A stretch of DNA of 64,000 nucleotides from an uncultured cyanobacterium (GCA_963740315.1 CAVUDP010000002.1:1184001-1248000); one strand, 5' to 3'; shown: positions 11,308 through 23,316, counted from the stretch's first letter. The notes: generated by a model from the sequence alone, not told the origin. Numbers and translations: made by a program.

Positions 11308-11866
11308 GTAGATGCTAGTCGCAATGTTGGGTTACGACACAATTAATTAATGTAGAGACGTAGCAGTGCTACGTCTCCCGATAATTTAGATAAAAACGAA
11401 CCCGTCAGAATAAATAAAATGAACATTAGTATTTCATTGCATCAAATTTGACGGGTTTGTAGTAAGGGCATCGGTTCCCTAAATCCGGAGCGCTGAAGCG
11501 CTTACTACGAACCTTTTTACCCTTCAAAACTAATGAAAAAGACTACTAGTATTTCGTTGCATTAATTTCAATCGATCGCACCTACGGTGATGGGTTTGTT
11601 TACACCCTAAACCCTGTAGAGATGTAATATATCGCGTCTCTACAACTTTGCAAGAAAGTTACAAAAACAACTCTAATCTAAGTAATTCTCTCAATTCAAA
11701 TAATAAGTAATATTTTTAAAATAGAAATAGATTTTTTAATCTCAAGCTTGAGAAACAAAACTTCCTCAATACAAGCTTTTTAATATTTCGCTACTGGAAT
11801 TTTATGAACAACCATCAATCCGAAAAAATATTTAGAAGCATCAAAATTTGGAATAAGGAGTAATAA

Positions 11867-12920
11867 ATGAAACATAAAATCGTGGCTAGTACTTTAGGCT
11901 TTGCCTTGATTGCTAGTGCAGGATGGATACCATCACAAAAGGTTAATGCTGTAATGTTTAGTGCCCCACCTGATAGTGGCGCTCCGAGTCAAGCCACAGG
12001 TGGGGCTTCTCGTGGCGGCTTATTTACTCGCAAATCCGGTGAATCTGCTCCGAATCGAGCCACGGGTGGGGCTTCAAGAAGCGGTTTATTTACTCGCAAA
12101 TCCGGTGAATCTGCTCCGCAAAGAACTACGGGTGGGGCTTCGAGAAGCGGCTTATTTACTCGCAAATCCGGTGAATCTGCTCCGCAAAGAACTACGGGTG
12201 GGGCTTCGAGAAGCGGCTTATTTACTCGCAAATCTGGTGAATCTGCTCCCCAAAGAACTAGGGGTGGGGCTTCTCGTAACGGCTTATTTACTCGTAAATC
12301 TGGTGAATCTGCTCCGCAAAGAACTGCGGGTGGTGCATCGCGGGAAGGTCGCCGTTATCTAAATGTTGCCGACAGTACCATAGAGCAACCAGCGGCTATT
12401 TTGGCGCTTTTACCTCAAACCTACTTTGGAACAACGGTTTCTCAACGTGCTTCTATTTTGGTTTATCTACCTCAATCGGAAGCAAGAGAAGGTGTTTTTA
12501 GTCTCAAGGATGCTGAAGGTAATACCTTACATGAAATGAATGTACCAGTATCCGGTCAAACTGAAGTTATTTCGATTCGAAGTTCCTACCGATTTAAAAC
12601 TAGAGAAAAACTACCAGTGGTTTCTAGCATTAAAAATTGACGGAGAACTTACTACTAGAACGCCTTATGTTGATGGTTGGATTAAGCGCATTCAACCGTC
12701 GAAAGAAATAGCAATGGCGATGCAGCAAAAAGATTTACTCAAGCAAGCAACAGCTTTGGGCAAGGATGGTGTTTGGTATGACTGCGTGGCAACATTAGCT
12801 AAATTACGAGCTACTCAACCAAACAATCCAAGTTTAGATAAACACTGGTCAGAATTGCTTGAATCTGTTGAACTCCAGCAAATTGAAAAAGCTCCCGTAG
12901 TAGCTCTTAATCAATTTTAG
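11867..12920 (+). CDS. DUF928 domain protein, split by a +1 frameshift near 12578
   Basis: Signal peptide, GGASR motifs, ALLP..GTTVS..P, then YQW, GWIKR, GVWYD and W.ELL.SV.L in the second frame; removing one base at ttcgatt(c)gaagtt joins the two ORFs. Confidence 0.88.
11999..12343 (+). repeat. Coding tandem repeat of 66 bp (22 aa): five full units plus a sixth GGASR
   Basis: GGASR(S/G/N)GLFTRKSGESAP(Q/N)Rxx units start at 11999, 12065, 12131, 12197, 12263 and 12329. Confidence 0.97.
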
Positions 12921-12972
12921 ATTGTAGGACGGTTTCAACTATGGAACCGTCTCTTATGTTTGTAAATCCAGT

Positions 12973-13040
12973 TGAGAAGTCGGGTTTTTGAGAGTATCTG
13001 TAACAATCTGACAATTTTATAAAAACCCGACTTCTGACCA
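12973..13040. repeat. Hairpin MITE/REP with agaagtcgggttttt...aaaaacccgacttct arms; second copy at about 63808-63880
   Basis: 15-bp perfect inverted arms and similar loop sequence at both loci. Confidence 0.8.
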
Positions 13041-13201
13041 TTGCGTTTCATCGAACTCACATTAAAATCGCGCTCGAATCAGCCCTGCTTTCTTAAGGGG
13101 GGTTGAGGGGATCGATCCGCACCGCTCGCCGCGAACAGTATCTAGAAGATTATCTTTTCATATATTTTTTAAATCCCAAATATAAAATCCAAAATATATT
13201 T

Positions 13202-16003
13202 ATGTGGTCTAAATTAAAATCTTTTTTTCGACGAAATCGCAGCGTTTTTATTATTACTCCTACCGTGACTGCTGCTGTTGTTATTGCACAGGGAGTAGGA
13301 TTATTTAATTTATCGGAATGGCAAACCAGAGATTGGTTTTTTCGCTTACGTTCCCAAATAGAGAGCAAAGATTTAGCTTCAGAAATTGTAGTGGTAACTA
13401 TTGATGAAGAAGATATCCAAAAAGTAGGAGAATGGCCGATTCCCGATGCTGAGCTTGCCGATTTAATCGATAAAATTCGATCGCAAAAACCTCGATCTAT
13501 TGGTTTAGATTTATACAGAGATTTACCGGAAGGAAAGGGACACGAACAACTTGTAAAAGTCTTTCAAACGACTCCAAACTTATTCGGAGTTGAGAAAATT
13601 ACCGGGAACAAAGTTAAGCCGCCACCGGAGTTAAAAAAGCAGGGGCAGGTGAGTTTAGCTGACTTGGTTTTAGATGGCGATCGCCACGTGCGGCGTGCGT
13701 TGTTGTCGGCGAAAGATAAGGATGAAAACAATATTGATAAGGGAAGTTTAGCGACTGTTGTAGCTTTAAAGTATCTGGAAGCTGAAGGAATTTCTTTAGA
13801 ACCTTTTGACGAGAAAGGGGAAAAGTTCAAGTTGGGTAAACAAATTCATTCACCACTAAAGAATTTAGAGGCTGGCTATTCTGATACAGCCGGGTATCAA
13901 ATATTAGTTAATTGGTACGGCTCGGAAACTGCATTTACGACGGTATCAATGCGCGATGTTATAGCCGGAAAAATACCCAAAGAGATAATGCGCGATCGCA
14001 TGGTATTTATCGGTTCGACTGCTGAGAGTACTAATGATTTCTTCGGTACTCCTTTTAGTTCATCTTGGTTAACTACGGGAACTCCTACTCCAGGGGTTGT
14101 TATTCATGCCAATATCGCTTTGCAATTGGTACATGGAGCAAGAACTGGAAAAGGTAATTTGAAGGGTTTGTCTGGAATATATTTTCTAGTTTGGATAACT
14201 TTTTATTCGGCTGTGGGTTCGGTTGGTAGTTGGTGTTTGGCAAAAACTTATAAAAAAAAGCGTCTTCCGGGAGGCAATATTTTATGGGCAACTGTAGGAA
14301 TTACTGCGGGATTTATTTATGGTAGCTACTATATATTTTTAAATGGTTTCTTAATACCCGTTACCCCAGCTTTAGCGGCTTTTATTAGTAGTGTTGTTGC
14401 AACTACTAATGCTTATAAACAAAAGAAGCTGGTGCAAAGCAATCGTCAGTTAGAAGCTGCCAATAACAAATTATTAGATTACTCTAAAACTTTAGAAGCA
14501 AAAGTTGAAGAAAGAACCCACGAATTAAAAGAAGCGAAACTTGCTGCTGATAGTGCAAATCAAGCTAAAAGTGAGTTTCTTGCCAATATGAGTCACGAGT
14601 TACGCACGCCACTAAACGGTATTCTTGGTTACGCTCAGGTATTAGAAAGAAACCCCGATATTAGCGGCAAAAGCTTGGAAGGTGTGGGTATTATTCGTCA
14701 GTGTGGTTCGCATTTGCTGATGTTACTTAACGATATTTTAGACCTTTCTAAAATTGAAGCTCGTAAATTAGAATTGTTTCCCAGTACCGTTCATTTACCA
14801 AGCTTTTTGAATGGCGTTACAGAAATTTGTCGGATTCGAGCGGAACAAAAAGGTATTTTATTTAATGTTGTTTTAGATCGGGATTTACCCCCAGCAGTGG
14901 AAGTTGATGAAAAACGATTGCGGCAAGTACTAATTAATTTAATGGGTAATGCAATTAAGTTTACCGATATAGGTGGAGTAACTTTAAAAGTTAATCGGCT
15001 CGAACAACAAGATATAGAAAAAAATCATACACATTGCACTATTTGCTTTTCTATAGAAGATACAGGCGTGGGTATGTCGCCGGAACAATTGCAGAAAATA
15101 TTTAAACCTTTCGAGCAAGTTGGTGATGTCGGAAAACGTCCCGATGGTACTGGTTTGGGATTAACAATTAGCCAGAGAATTACGGCGTTGATGGGAAGTA
15201 AAATCCAAGTAGAAAGTAGCTTGGGTGAAGGAAGTATTTTTTCTGTGGAACTTACGGTACCAATTAACGATGACTATGCAGCAGGAATAGGCTCAACTCA
15301 ACAAAAAATTATCGGGATTCAAGGAAATACGCGGCAAATTCTGATTGTTGAAGATGATAAGAATCACCTCAATGTATTGAGCAATATATTACAAGCAATT
15401 AGCTTTCGTACTTTAGAAGCAACCGATGGTTTTGAAGGGCTAAAGTTAGCTACAGAAAATAATCCAGATGCGATTTTACTGGATTTAGCAATGCCGAATA
15501 TGGATGGTTTTGAACTAATGGTTAAACTTCAAGCTAATCCTCAAACATCTTCTATTCCGATTATTGTTTCTAGCGCTAGCGTTTTTGATGCAGATAGACA
15601 GCGCAGTTTAGAAGCCGGAGCAAAAAGTTTTTTACCGAAACCTTTGCAAGCGGAAGAATTAACTAATACCTTGGGAAATATCTTAAATTTGGAATGGATT
15701 TTAGATGTTTCTAATTCTAATCTTGGTAATACAAGCAAAAGCGAAGACTCACCTGCTAATAAAACAGATTCCACCCCAGTTAAGATAATTCCTCCATCAG
15801 AAGAAATCGTGCAGCAACTATATCATTTAGCAATGATGGGTGATATTCCAGCAATTGAGGGAATACTAAAAGAAATATCAACAGAAGATAAACAATTATT
15901 GGGTTTCGTAGAGGAAATAAGTAAACTTACTACTAGCTTTCAAACTGCGAAAATTCGTAAGTTTCTCAAACAGTTTCTAGTTAAGGAATCAACTCAAAAA
16001 TGA
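13202..16003 (+). CDS. CHASE2-domain hybrid sensor histidine kinase with receiver domain
   Basis: [21 protein letters not shown] and PGVVIHA (CHASE2); TM helices; [16 protein letters not shown]-box; N and G boxes; LLDLAMP receiver. ATG 13202 preferred because the upstream extension runs through a REP. Confidence 0.95.
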   Translation: MWSKLKSFFRRNRSVFIITPTVTAAVVIAQGVGLFNLSEWQTRDWFFRLRSQIESKDLASEIVVVTIDEEDIQKVGEWPIPDAELADLIDKIRSQKPRSIGLDLYRDLPEGKGHEQLVKVFQTTPNLFGVEKITGNKVKPPPELKKQGQVSLADLVLDGDRHVRRALLSAKDKDENNIDKGSLATVVALKYLEAEGISLEPFDEKGEKFKLGKQIHSPLKNLEAGYSDTAGYQILVNWYGSETAFTTVSMRDVIAGKIPKEIMRDRMVFIGSTAESTNDFFGTPFSSSWLTTGTPTPGVVIHANIALQLVHGARTGKGNLKGLSGIYFLVWITFYSAVGSVGSWCLAKTYKKKRLPGGNILWATVGITAGFIYGSYYIFLNGFLIPVTPALAAFISSVVATTNAYKQKKLVQSNRQLEAANNKLLDYSKTLEAKVEERTHELKEAKLAADSANQAKSEFLANMSHELRTPLNGILGYAQVLERNPDISGKSLEGVGIIRQCGSHLLMLLNDILDLSKIEARKLELFPSTVHLPSFLNGVTEICRIRAEQKGILFNVVLDRDLPPAVEVDEKRLRQVLINLMGNAIKFTDIGGVTLKVNRLEQQDIEKNHTHCTICFSIEDTGVGMSPEQLQKIFKPFEQVGDVGKRPDGTGLGLTISQRITALMGSKIQVESSLGEGSIFSVELTVPINDDYAAGIGSTQQKIIGIQGNTRQILIVEDDKNHLNVLSNILQAISFRTLEATDGFEGLKLATENNPDAILLDLAMPNMDGFELMVKLQANPQTSSIPIIVSSASVFDADRQRSLEAGAKSFLPKPLQAEELTNTLGNILNLEWILDVSNSNLGNTSKSEDSPANKTDSTPVKIIPPSEEIVQQLYHLAMMGDIPAIEGILKEISTEDKQLLGFVEEISKLTTSFQTAKIRKFLKQFLVKESTQK

Positions 16004-17298
16004 ACGATATTCTCTCTAAATCAATGCATATTCTCTTAGTTGACGATAATCCAACCAATCTTAAGGTATTATTTGAGGCTATCCAGGGTTATGGCTGGAA
16101 AGCGCTGATGGCGACTGATGGTGAATCGGCAATCGAGCAAGCAGAATATGCTCAACCCGATTTAATTCTTCTAGATGTAATGATGCCACCGGGTATTGAT
16201 GGATTTGAAACCTGTCGCAGGTTAAAAGCTAATCCTAATACTGAAAATATTCCAGTTATTTTCATGACTGCTCTTTCCGATTCTATGGATAAAGTCAAAG
16301 GGTTGGAAATTGGTGCAGTTGACTACATTACCAAACCTTTTCAACACCAAGAAGTTATTGCTCGATTAAAACTACATTTGAAACTGTCTTTACTCACCCG
16401 CAATTTAGAGCAACAAGTACAGCAACGCACTTCAGAATTAACCCAATCTGTAGAGCAGTTACAGCAAGCCCAATTACAATTAATTCAAAGCGAGAAAATG
16501 TCAACTTTGGGACAGCTTGTTGCCGGTATCGGGCACGAAATTAATAACCCAGTTGGTTTTATTGGCGGAAATTGTTCCCATATTGAAGGATACATCAATG
16601 ATATTTTTACTCTGGTAAAGCTTCAACAGGAAAAGTTATCGGATTCTAATAATGAAGAAATCGAAGAATTTATTGAAGAAATTGATTTAGATTATTTGAT
16701 GGAAGATTTACCAAAAATGATGAAATCAATGCGTCAGGGAATCGCTCGTTTAAAAGATATCAGTTTATCTCTAAGAACTTTTGCTCGTGCCGATATTGCA
16801 TCTCAAGTAGAATATCAGATTCATGAAGGATTAAATAGCACTTTAATGCTACTCAAACATCGACTTAAAGATGTAGGAGATTGTCCGCAAATCGAGATTA
16901 TTAAAAATTATAGCGAGTTACCACCAATTACTTGCTATCCCGGACAATTAAATCAGGTATTTATGAATATTATCGCTAATGCGATCGATGCATTTGATGA
17001 TTTACACGATTCCGACGGAAAGATAGAGAAGGCACCATACAGCATTACAATCGCAACTTCTGTAGATTCCTCGCAAAATACTGTCTCAATTTGCATTCAA
17101 GATAACGCTTTGGGGATGACTCCCGAAGTACAGGCTCGAATTTTTGAGCAATCTTTTACTACTAAACCTGTAGGTAAAGGAACCGGATTAGGATTAGCGA
17201 TTAGCCGTCAAATTATTATCGATAAACATAACGGACAAATTGATTGTTTATCAACCCCCGGCAAGGAAACCAAATTTATAATTACTTTGCCAATTTAA
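16000..17298 (+). CDS. Response regulator receiver-histidine kinase hybrid
   Basis: LLVDD, LLDVMMP and KPF receiver motifs; [11 protein letters not shown]-box; [14 protein letters not shown]; overlaps the upstream gene's stop (ATGA). Confidence 0.95.
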   Translation: MNDILSKSMHILLVDDNPTNLKVLFEAIQGYGWKALMATDGESAIEQAEYAQPDLILLDVMMPPGIDGFETCRRLKANPNTENIPVIFMTALSDSMDKVKGLEIGAVDYITKPFQHQEVIARLKLHLKLSLLTRNLEQQVQQRTSELTQSVEQLQQAQLQLIQSEKMSTLGQLVAGIGHEINNPVGFIGGNCSHIEGYINDIFTLVKLQQEKLSDSNNEEIEEFIEEIDLDYLMEDLPKMMKSMRQGIARLKDISLSLRTFARADIASQVEYQIHEGLNSTLMLLKHRLKDVGDCPQIEIIKNYSELPPITCYPGQLNQVFMNIIANAIDAFDDLHDSDGKIEKAPYSITIATSVDSSQNTVSICIQDNALGMTPEVQARIFEQSFTTKPVGKGTGLGLAISRQIIIDKHNGQIDCLSTPGKETKFIITLPI

Positions 17299-17525
17299 CT
17301 TTTATCTCAATCAATTGATTCTATTTGATACTTGGAATTAATAACTATTTCTGATTGTATATATATTAAATTTAAGGGAGTAGCGAGTAAAGTAAGAGGT
17401 AAAAATCAACAAAGCGTGTTTATTTAACTTGGACTTTACTCTTTAACTTAGCAATTGATTTCAAACCCAAAAAACCATTATTTTGTTAACATTTTTTGTT
17501 CGAGGTTTCCTACTCCCTTTTATTA

Positions 17526-17759
17526 CTACTCTTTTCCTTGCCTGAGTTTATATGCGTTTCGCTGCAACAATTTCTTAGTTGTTACCAATACTACAACTAA
17601 TAGCAAAACCTGAATTACCCAAGGTGCTAAAATCAAACTCAAAACAAGACTAATTATGGCGAATAAACCTGCAAGATATCCCACTTCATCGCTACATCTG
17701 TTACAAATATAGCTAGTAATTACACAGATAGAAAGTGGAATCAGAAAAAACAAAGGCAT
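17526..17759 (-). CDS. Small membrane protein, 77 aa, function unknown
   Basis: Hydrophobic helices with basic tail; GAGAAGAG upstream of the ATG. Confidence 0.75.
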   Translation of the reverse strand: MPLFFLIPLSICVITSYICNRCSDEVGYLAGLFAIISLVLSLILAPWVIQVLLLVVVLVTTKKLLQRNAYKLRQGKE

Positions 17760-17802
17760 CTCTTCTCAACTCCGAATTCAAATTATTTGCTTTTATACAA
17801 AC

Positions 17803-17844
17803 ATAATAAAGCTGTTGCAAAAAGCGTATGTAATTAATATTACA
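17803..17844 (-). promoter_or_regulatory. Putative NtcA-activated promoter
   Basis: tGTA-ATTAATAT-TACa at 17829-17844; on the minus strand TATTAT follows after 21 nt, matching GTAN8TAC-N20-23-TAN3T. Confidence 0.6.
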
Positions 17845-18017
17845 CCTTTTCAGCTTTAGGTTACAACGTCCTGCCTATACAAACAGCGTACCGGATAAAT
17901 AATCCGAATATTTTTTTATGGTTTAGTATATTAGCTTATCACTTATACTAACGCTCAACCAAAAATATGGGCGTAATATTACCTTTAATATAGTGTTCCT
18001 TTAAGAATCGCACCAAG

Positions 18018-20177
18018 ATGTTGAATATTCCCCAACTGTTAGCCACCGAACTTAATCTTAAGCCTTTTCAGGTAGAAAACGCGCTCTCATTATTTGCCGA
18101 AGGTGCGACTATCCCCTTTGTCGCACGTTACCGCAAAGAGCGTACTGGGGAGATGAATGAAACTCAGTTGCGCGATTTGTCGGATAGGTTCACTTATCTT
18201 ACAGAATTAGAAGACAGAAAATCAGTAATATTAAATGCCATTGAAGAACAAGATAAACTTACCCCGGAGTTAAAACAGCAAATCGAATTATGTTTGCAAA
18301 AGACAGAATTGGAAGATTTATATTTACCTTATCGTCCCAAACGTCGCACTCGCGCTACTATTGCCAAGGAAAAGGGACTGCTGGAGTTAGCTGAATTTAT
18401 TAAGTCGCTGAATGTTAAAAATGGTGCTTCAAGCGATTTGAATGCAGAAGCTGCTAGATATATAAATGCCGAAAAAGAAATTAAAACCGCAGAAGAAGCG
18501 CTTAAAGGTGCCAGCGATATTTTAGCGGAAGAAACAGCGGAAAAAGCTAAGTTAAGAGCATATTTACGCGAAATGTTGTTAGAAGAAGGGGTATTTGTTT
18601 CCAGCATTAAAGACGAACATCCCGAAGGTACGACAAAATATGAAATGTACCGCGATTATCAAATCAGAGTTAGCAATATTGCACCTCACAATATGTTGGC
18701 TTTGTGTCGGGGAGACAAGGAAAAGATATTAAGTTACGAAATTGCATTTGATGAAGATTATGTACTTGAGTATTTAGAATCCCAAGAAATTCGCAGCAGA
18801 CAGCCAGAAATTCGCAAATTTTATCAGCAAATGCTCAAAGACGCATTTAACCGCTTGATGAAAAACTCGCTGACGAATGAAGTTATATCCGAGAAAAAAG
18901 AATATGCAGATATTGAGTCAATCAAAACATTTGAAACCAACTTACGTAACTTATTACTGTCAGCACCAGCAGGAATGAAACCAGCGATCGCCATCGATCC
19001 GGGATTTAGAACTGGGTGTAAGGTGGCAATATTAGACGAAACCGGGAAGTTTCTGGAGTATCAAGCCGTATTTCCCCACACCGGAGCCGGAAAACGCAGC
19101 GAAGCCGCCAAAACGCTGCAAAATCTTATGGAAAAATATAAAGTTGAATTGATTGCGATCGGTAACGGTACAGCTTCCCGCGAAACCGACGAATTTGTTG
19201 CCGAAGTATTGCAGAATATGCAACTCAAACCAGTCAAAGTCATGGTAAACGAATCCGGTGCATCAATATATTCAGCCAGCAAAGTTGCGATCGAAGAATT
19301 TCCCGATTTAGATATTACCGTGCGCGGAGCCATTAGTATAGGTCGTCGCTTGCAAGATCCTTTAGCCGAATTAGTCAAAATTGACCCCAAATCCATCGGT
19401 GTGGGACAATATCAACACGATGTAGACCAAAAATTGCTCAAAAAGAAATTAGATGAAACCGTAGAAAGTTGTGTAAACTACGTTGGAGTTGACTTAAATA
19501 CAGCATCCAAAGAACTTTTAACATCCGTTTCCGGGATTACGTCTAGCATTGCTAATAATATAGTTCAATATAGAAACGAAAACGGAGCTTTCAAAAATCG
19601 CCGTCAGTTATTAAAAGTTGCTAAATTAGGACCAAAAGCATTTGAACAAGCAGCAGGTTTCCTAAGAATTCGCGGTGGTGAAAACCCTTTAGATAACACC
19701 GCAGTGCATCCAGAAAGTTATGCAGTAATAAAGAATATTGCTGCTGATTTGAAAGTAGAATTAAAGCAAGTTACTCAAATAGCTGAAAAACTCAAAAAAG
19801 CCGACTTTAAAAAGTACGTCACCGACAAAGTTGGGGAACCGACATTAAGAGATATTATCGGCGAATTAGAAAAACCCGGAAGAGATCCCCGTGCTGAATT
19901 TAAGTATGCGACTTTTAAAGAAGGAGTTAATGAAATTTCCGATTTAGAAGAAGGAATGGTATTAGAAGGAGTTGTGACAAACGTGGCTAACTTTGGGGCT
20001 TTCGTAGATGTAGGAGTGCATCAAGACGGTTTGGTGCATATATCTCAATTAGCGAATCAATTTGTGAAAGATCCCAAAGAGATAGTTAAAGTTGGGGAAG
20101 TTGTGAAAGTTAAGGTTTTAGAAGTTAATCAGAAATTGAAGCGGATTGGGTTATCGATGAAAGCAGTTACGCAGTAA
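18018..20177 (+). CDS. tex: Tex family RNA-binding transcriptional accessory protein
   Basis: TIPFVARYRKERTG, LEDLYLPY, IDPGFRTGCK, IGVGQYQHDV, C-terminal S1 domain. Confidence 0.97.
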   Translation: MLNIPQLLATELNLKPFQVENALSLFAEGATIPFVARYRKERTGEMNETQLRDLSDRFTYLTELEDRKSVILNAIEEQDKLTPELKQQIELCLQKTELEDLYLPYRPKRRTRATIAKEKGLLELAEFIKSLNVKNGASSDLNAEAARYINAEKEIKTAEEALKGASDILAEETAEKAKLRAYLREMLLEEGVFVSSIKDEHPEGTTKYEMYRDYQIRVSNIAPHNMLALCRGDKEKILSYEIAFDEDYVLEYLESQEIRSRQPEIRKFYQQMLKDAFNRLMKNSLTNEVISEKKEYADIESIKTFETNLRNLLLSAPAGMKPAIAIDPGFRTGCKVAILDETGKFLEYQAVFPHTGAGKRSEAAKTLQNLMEKYKVELIAIGNGTASRETDEFVAEVLQNMQLKPVKVMVNESGASIYSASKVAIEEFPDLDITVRGAISIGRRLQDPLAELVKIDPKSIGVGQYQHDVDQKLLKKKLDETVESCVNYVGVDLNTASKELLTSVSGITSSIANNIVQYRNENGAFKNRRQLLKVAKLGPKAFEQAAGFLRIRGGENPLDNTAVHPESYAVIKNIAADLKVELKQVTQIAEKLKKADFKKYVTDKVGEPTLRDIIGELEKPGRDPRAEFKYATFKEGVNEISDLEEGMVLEGVVTNVANFGAFVDVGVHQDGLVHISQLANQFVKDPKEIVKVGEVVKVKVLEVNQKLKRIGLSMKAVTQ

Positions 20178-20430
20178 TAATGTAGAGACGTAGCACTGCT
20201 ACGTCTCCCCGGATTTAGATTACCAACGAAAATGTAGCGGTGGATTGAGTTCAAACGCGCACTAAATATTGTTATAAATTATCGATTTTACCCGCATCCA
20301 CCAGGGGTTGCAAACCCCTGTCTAATAGCATAAGTCCATTAAAATGGACTGGAAATCTAATATTAAATAAACAGTAATATTCTTAAATTTTTCTTTTTAC
20401 ATTACGTGTATATGTATAAAATGCAAAATT

Positions 20431-20949
20431 TTAATTAATATAAATGGGACCTTCTACAAGACTTCCATCGGGCATAGTTGTATTCCAGAAAAGAATACCT
20501 GTCATATATCTATCGATAGCGAAATCGGCACCTGTAAAGTCAGCATTAGCTAAAACAGCACCATCCAAAACAGCACCCCTCAAATTAGCATTGCATAAGA
20601 TAGCATTTCTCATATTTACTCCTTTCAAAATGCAGCTACTTAAATTAGCATCATTTAAAAAGGCGCTCCATAAACAAGCTCCAGTCAAGTCCGCATTACT
20701 TAAGTTTGCTTTGTCGAGTCCCTTACATTGGAAATCAAAACCAATTAGGCAAGCTTCGCTCAAATTAGTTTGATCAAAACTACCTGCTGCAAAATAACCT
20801 CCCATCATATTAATTCCCTGAAGATTAGCGCCTTCCAAAACACATTTCTCGTCATAAAGACTAATCAAAGGAAAATCTCGCTCTCCTTTTTCATAGCGTC
20901 TAAGCAACTCTTCTCCAGTGATTTCTTCCCCAGAACCTACCATATCCAT
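20431..20949 (-). CDS. Pentapeptide repeat protein
   Basis: EELLRRYEKGERDF N-terminus, A(N/D)Lxx repeats, C-terminal FWNTTMPDG. Confidence 0.92.
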   Translation of the reverse strand: MDMVGSGEEITGEELLRRYEKGERDFPLISLYDEKCVLEGANLQGINMMGGYFAAGSFDQTNLSEACLIGFDFQCKGLDKANLSNADLTGACLWSAFLNDANLSSCILKGVNMRNAILCNANLRGAVLDGAVLANADFTGADFAIDRYMTGILFWNTTMPDGSLVEGPIYIN

Positions 20950-20985
20950 AAACTAACTCCTCATTTTTAATATTTGAAAAATTAC

Positions 20986-22038
20986 GAATAAATGACTCAA
21001 AACCTGACAACAAGATCAAAATCAAATTAATACTAATAATATTCCTAGTCCATTTCAATGGACTTTCGCTATTAGCCGGGGGTTTGCAACCTCCGGCAGA
21101 TGTGAATACGGTGGAAACATTCGTAATTATTTTGACGTTAAATGGTGCGTTACGGCAACAGTGGTAGGTTGAGTTAAAGACGTAAATATGTTTATGGTTG
21201 ATGCGATATTAATAATACGCCGTAACCCAACGTTTTGGTGTTGAAATAATATGTTTTTTAACGCAAAGGAACGCAAAGGAACGCGGAGTTTTGAGGTTTT
21301 TTCCTATATTTTGATTCGAGAAGAAATGAGATTGGTTTGTTTTACCATAATATCGCCTTGGAATAAATTCCCAGGCTAATAGCCGAAGTCGTCTAAAGAC
21401 GACTGAATAAGATTTTTAGTACGTTTTAACGTACTTTGTTTATGAGCCTTGAAATTGATTTCAAGGCGGGATTTAAGGATATTGTTTTGTTTTATTCAAG
21501 TGACAAAGTAATTCACTCATAGCGGTTAGGTTCAGTAATAATTGTTCCGTCTGGCATAATAGTGTTATGGAAAAAAGCACCAAATCGTTCAGCATTCCGC
21601 CAGTTAACACCTTGAAAGTTAACCTGTTCCAATCTACTGACACGTAAATCTACATTCCTCAAATTGGCTTCGCTTAGGTTGCATTGCCGCATATCAGCGC
21701 CATAAAGTCTTGCTCCAACCAAATTGGCTCCACTCAAATTTGCATAACTCAAATTTATACGGAGCAAATCAGTTTCACTTAAATCAACTCCACTCAAGTT
21801 AACCCTACTAAAATCTCTCTCCCCAGCAGCATAACTCTCTAACAGCTCCTTAGCAGTCATGTCCCTAGCAGTCATAATTTGATTTTTTAATGTATTTTAT
21901 TCATATTTTATAACTTATGAATAAATGACTAAAAACCTGACAACAAGATCAAAATCAAATTAATACTAATAATATTCCTAGTCCATTGAAATGGACTTTC
22001 GCTATTAGCCGGGGGTTTGCAACCTCCGGCGGATGTGA
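20986..22038. repeat. Direct repeat pair of about 120 bp (20986-21105 and 21919-22038) upstream of both pentapeptide genes; includes a double-hairpin REP
   Basis: gaataaatgact..aaaacctgacaacaagatc...agtccatt..aatggact...gccgggggtttgcaacctccggc is near-identical in both; related inverted REP at about 20296-20352. Confidence 0.92.
21513..21875 (-). CDS. Pentapeptide repeat protein
   Basis: MTAKELLESYAAGERDF, pentapeptide repeats, FHNTIMPDG. Confidence 0.92.
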   Translation of the reverse strand: MTARDMTAKELLESYAAGERDFSRVNLSGVDLSETDLLRINLSYANLSGANLVGARLYGADMRQCNLSEANLRNVDLRVSRLEQVNFQGVNWRNAERFGAFFHNTIMPDGTIITEPNRYE

Positions 22039-22298
22039 TTATTTTTACGAATATCTAATAAAGATGGTGCGTTACGGCAATACCAATTATCTTGTTATGT
22101 CCGCAAATTATTTCAAGTCATAACACACCCTACTGACTAATACTCCACAAATTCAGATCCCCCCAACCCCCCTTAAGAAGGGGGGCTTTTTAAAATCATT
22201 TTTATTTGCTTCAACCATCAAATTCCTCCGCCACAACTATATTAATTCCACGGATTACCCTAAACTAAAATTGCAGCTTTAACATAAACGTAAATCAA

Positions 22299-23316
22299 AT
22301 GACAGCAGGACAAAACAATTCTAAGTCAGTGGATGTTTTTGGCGTGGGTAACGCTATGGTGGACATCTTGGCAATGGTAGAAGATGATTTCGTGAAGAAA
22401 AACGATCTCAGTCGCGGTGGTATGACTCTCATGGATGCCGAAAAACAAGGTCATTTATTGCGGGAGTTGAAACATCATTCCCTGGAATTGAGTTCCGGAG
22501 GTTCTGCTGCTAATACAATGATTGCGATCGCGCAAAGTGGTGGTAAGGGTTTTTATTCGGGTAAGGTTTCTGGCGATACTAATGGTGAGTTTTATCGTGA
22601 GGATTTAATCGAAGCTGGAATTGGGTTTGATGTGCATCCCACGGAAGAAAATCATGGCCCCACTGGCACTTGTTTGGTTTTAACTACTCCCGATGCCGAA
22701 CGTACTATGTGTACTCATTTGGGAGTTTCGACGAATTTAGCTCCTAGCGATATTGACGTAGAAAAATTAGGTCAATGTCAATATAGTTATGTGGAAGGTT
22801 ATCTTTGGGATGCACCAGAATCCAAAGAAAGCCAGCATTGAAACTATGGAGCAATCCAAGCGTTTGGGCGTAAAGGTTGCTTATACTTTTTCCGATTTAT
22901 TTTTAGTCAGCCGCTTCAGCGATGATTTTCACAAAATAGTTTCAGATTACTGCGACGTAGTATTTTGCAATGCTGATGAAGTTCGTAATTTCTTTGGAAG
23001 CGAATCTTTAGAAGATTGTGCCAGCAAACTCGGCGAAATCGTTGACACCGGATTTATTACCGATAGTGCCAATGGCTGTTTGGTAGTACAAAATAAAGAA
23101 ATTGTTCGTGTAGCCGGATTTCCGGTTAAAGCCATTGATACCGTTGGTGCTGGAGATTCTTTTGCTGGAGGAGTATTATACGGACTAACCAATGGTTTGA
23201 ACGCTCAACAGTCAGCACGTTGGGGAAATTATCTCGCTTCTTGTATAGTACAAGTTCACGGCGCTCGCTTAGATAAATCGATGGCTGATAAAGTTTCTGA
23301 AATTGTTGGTAAATAA
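22299..23316 (+). CDS. PfkB family carbohydrate/adenosine kinase, frameshifted near 22818
   Basis: GVGNAMVD, GGSAANT, ERTMCTHLG and EGYLWD in ORF1; FCNADE and DTVGAGDSFAGG in ORF2; one extra base at gcaccagaatcca. Confidence 0.9.
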
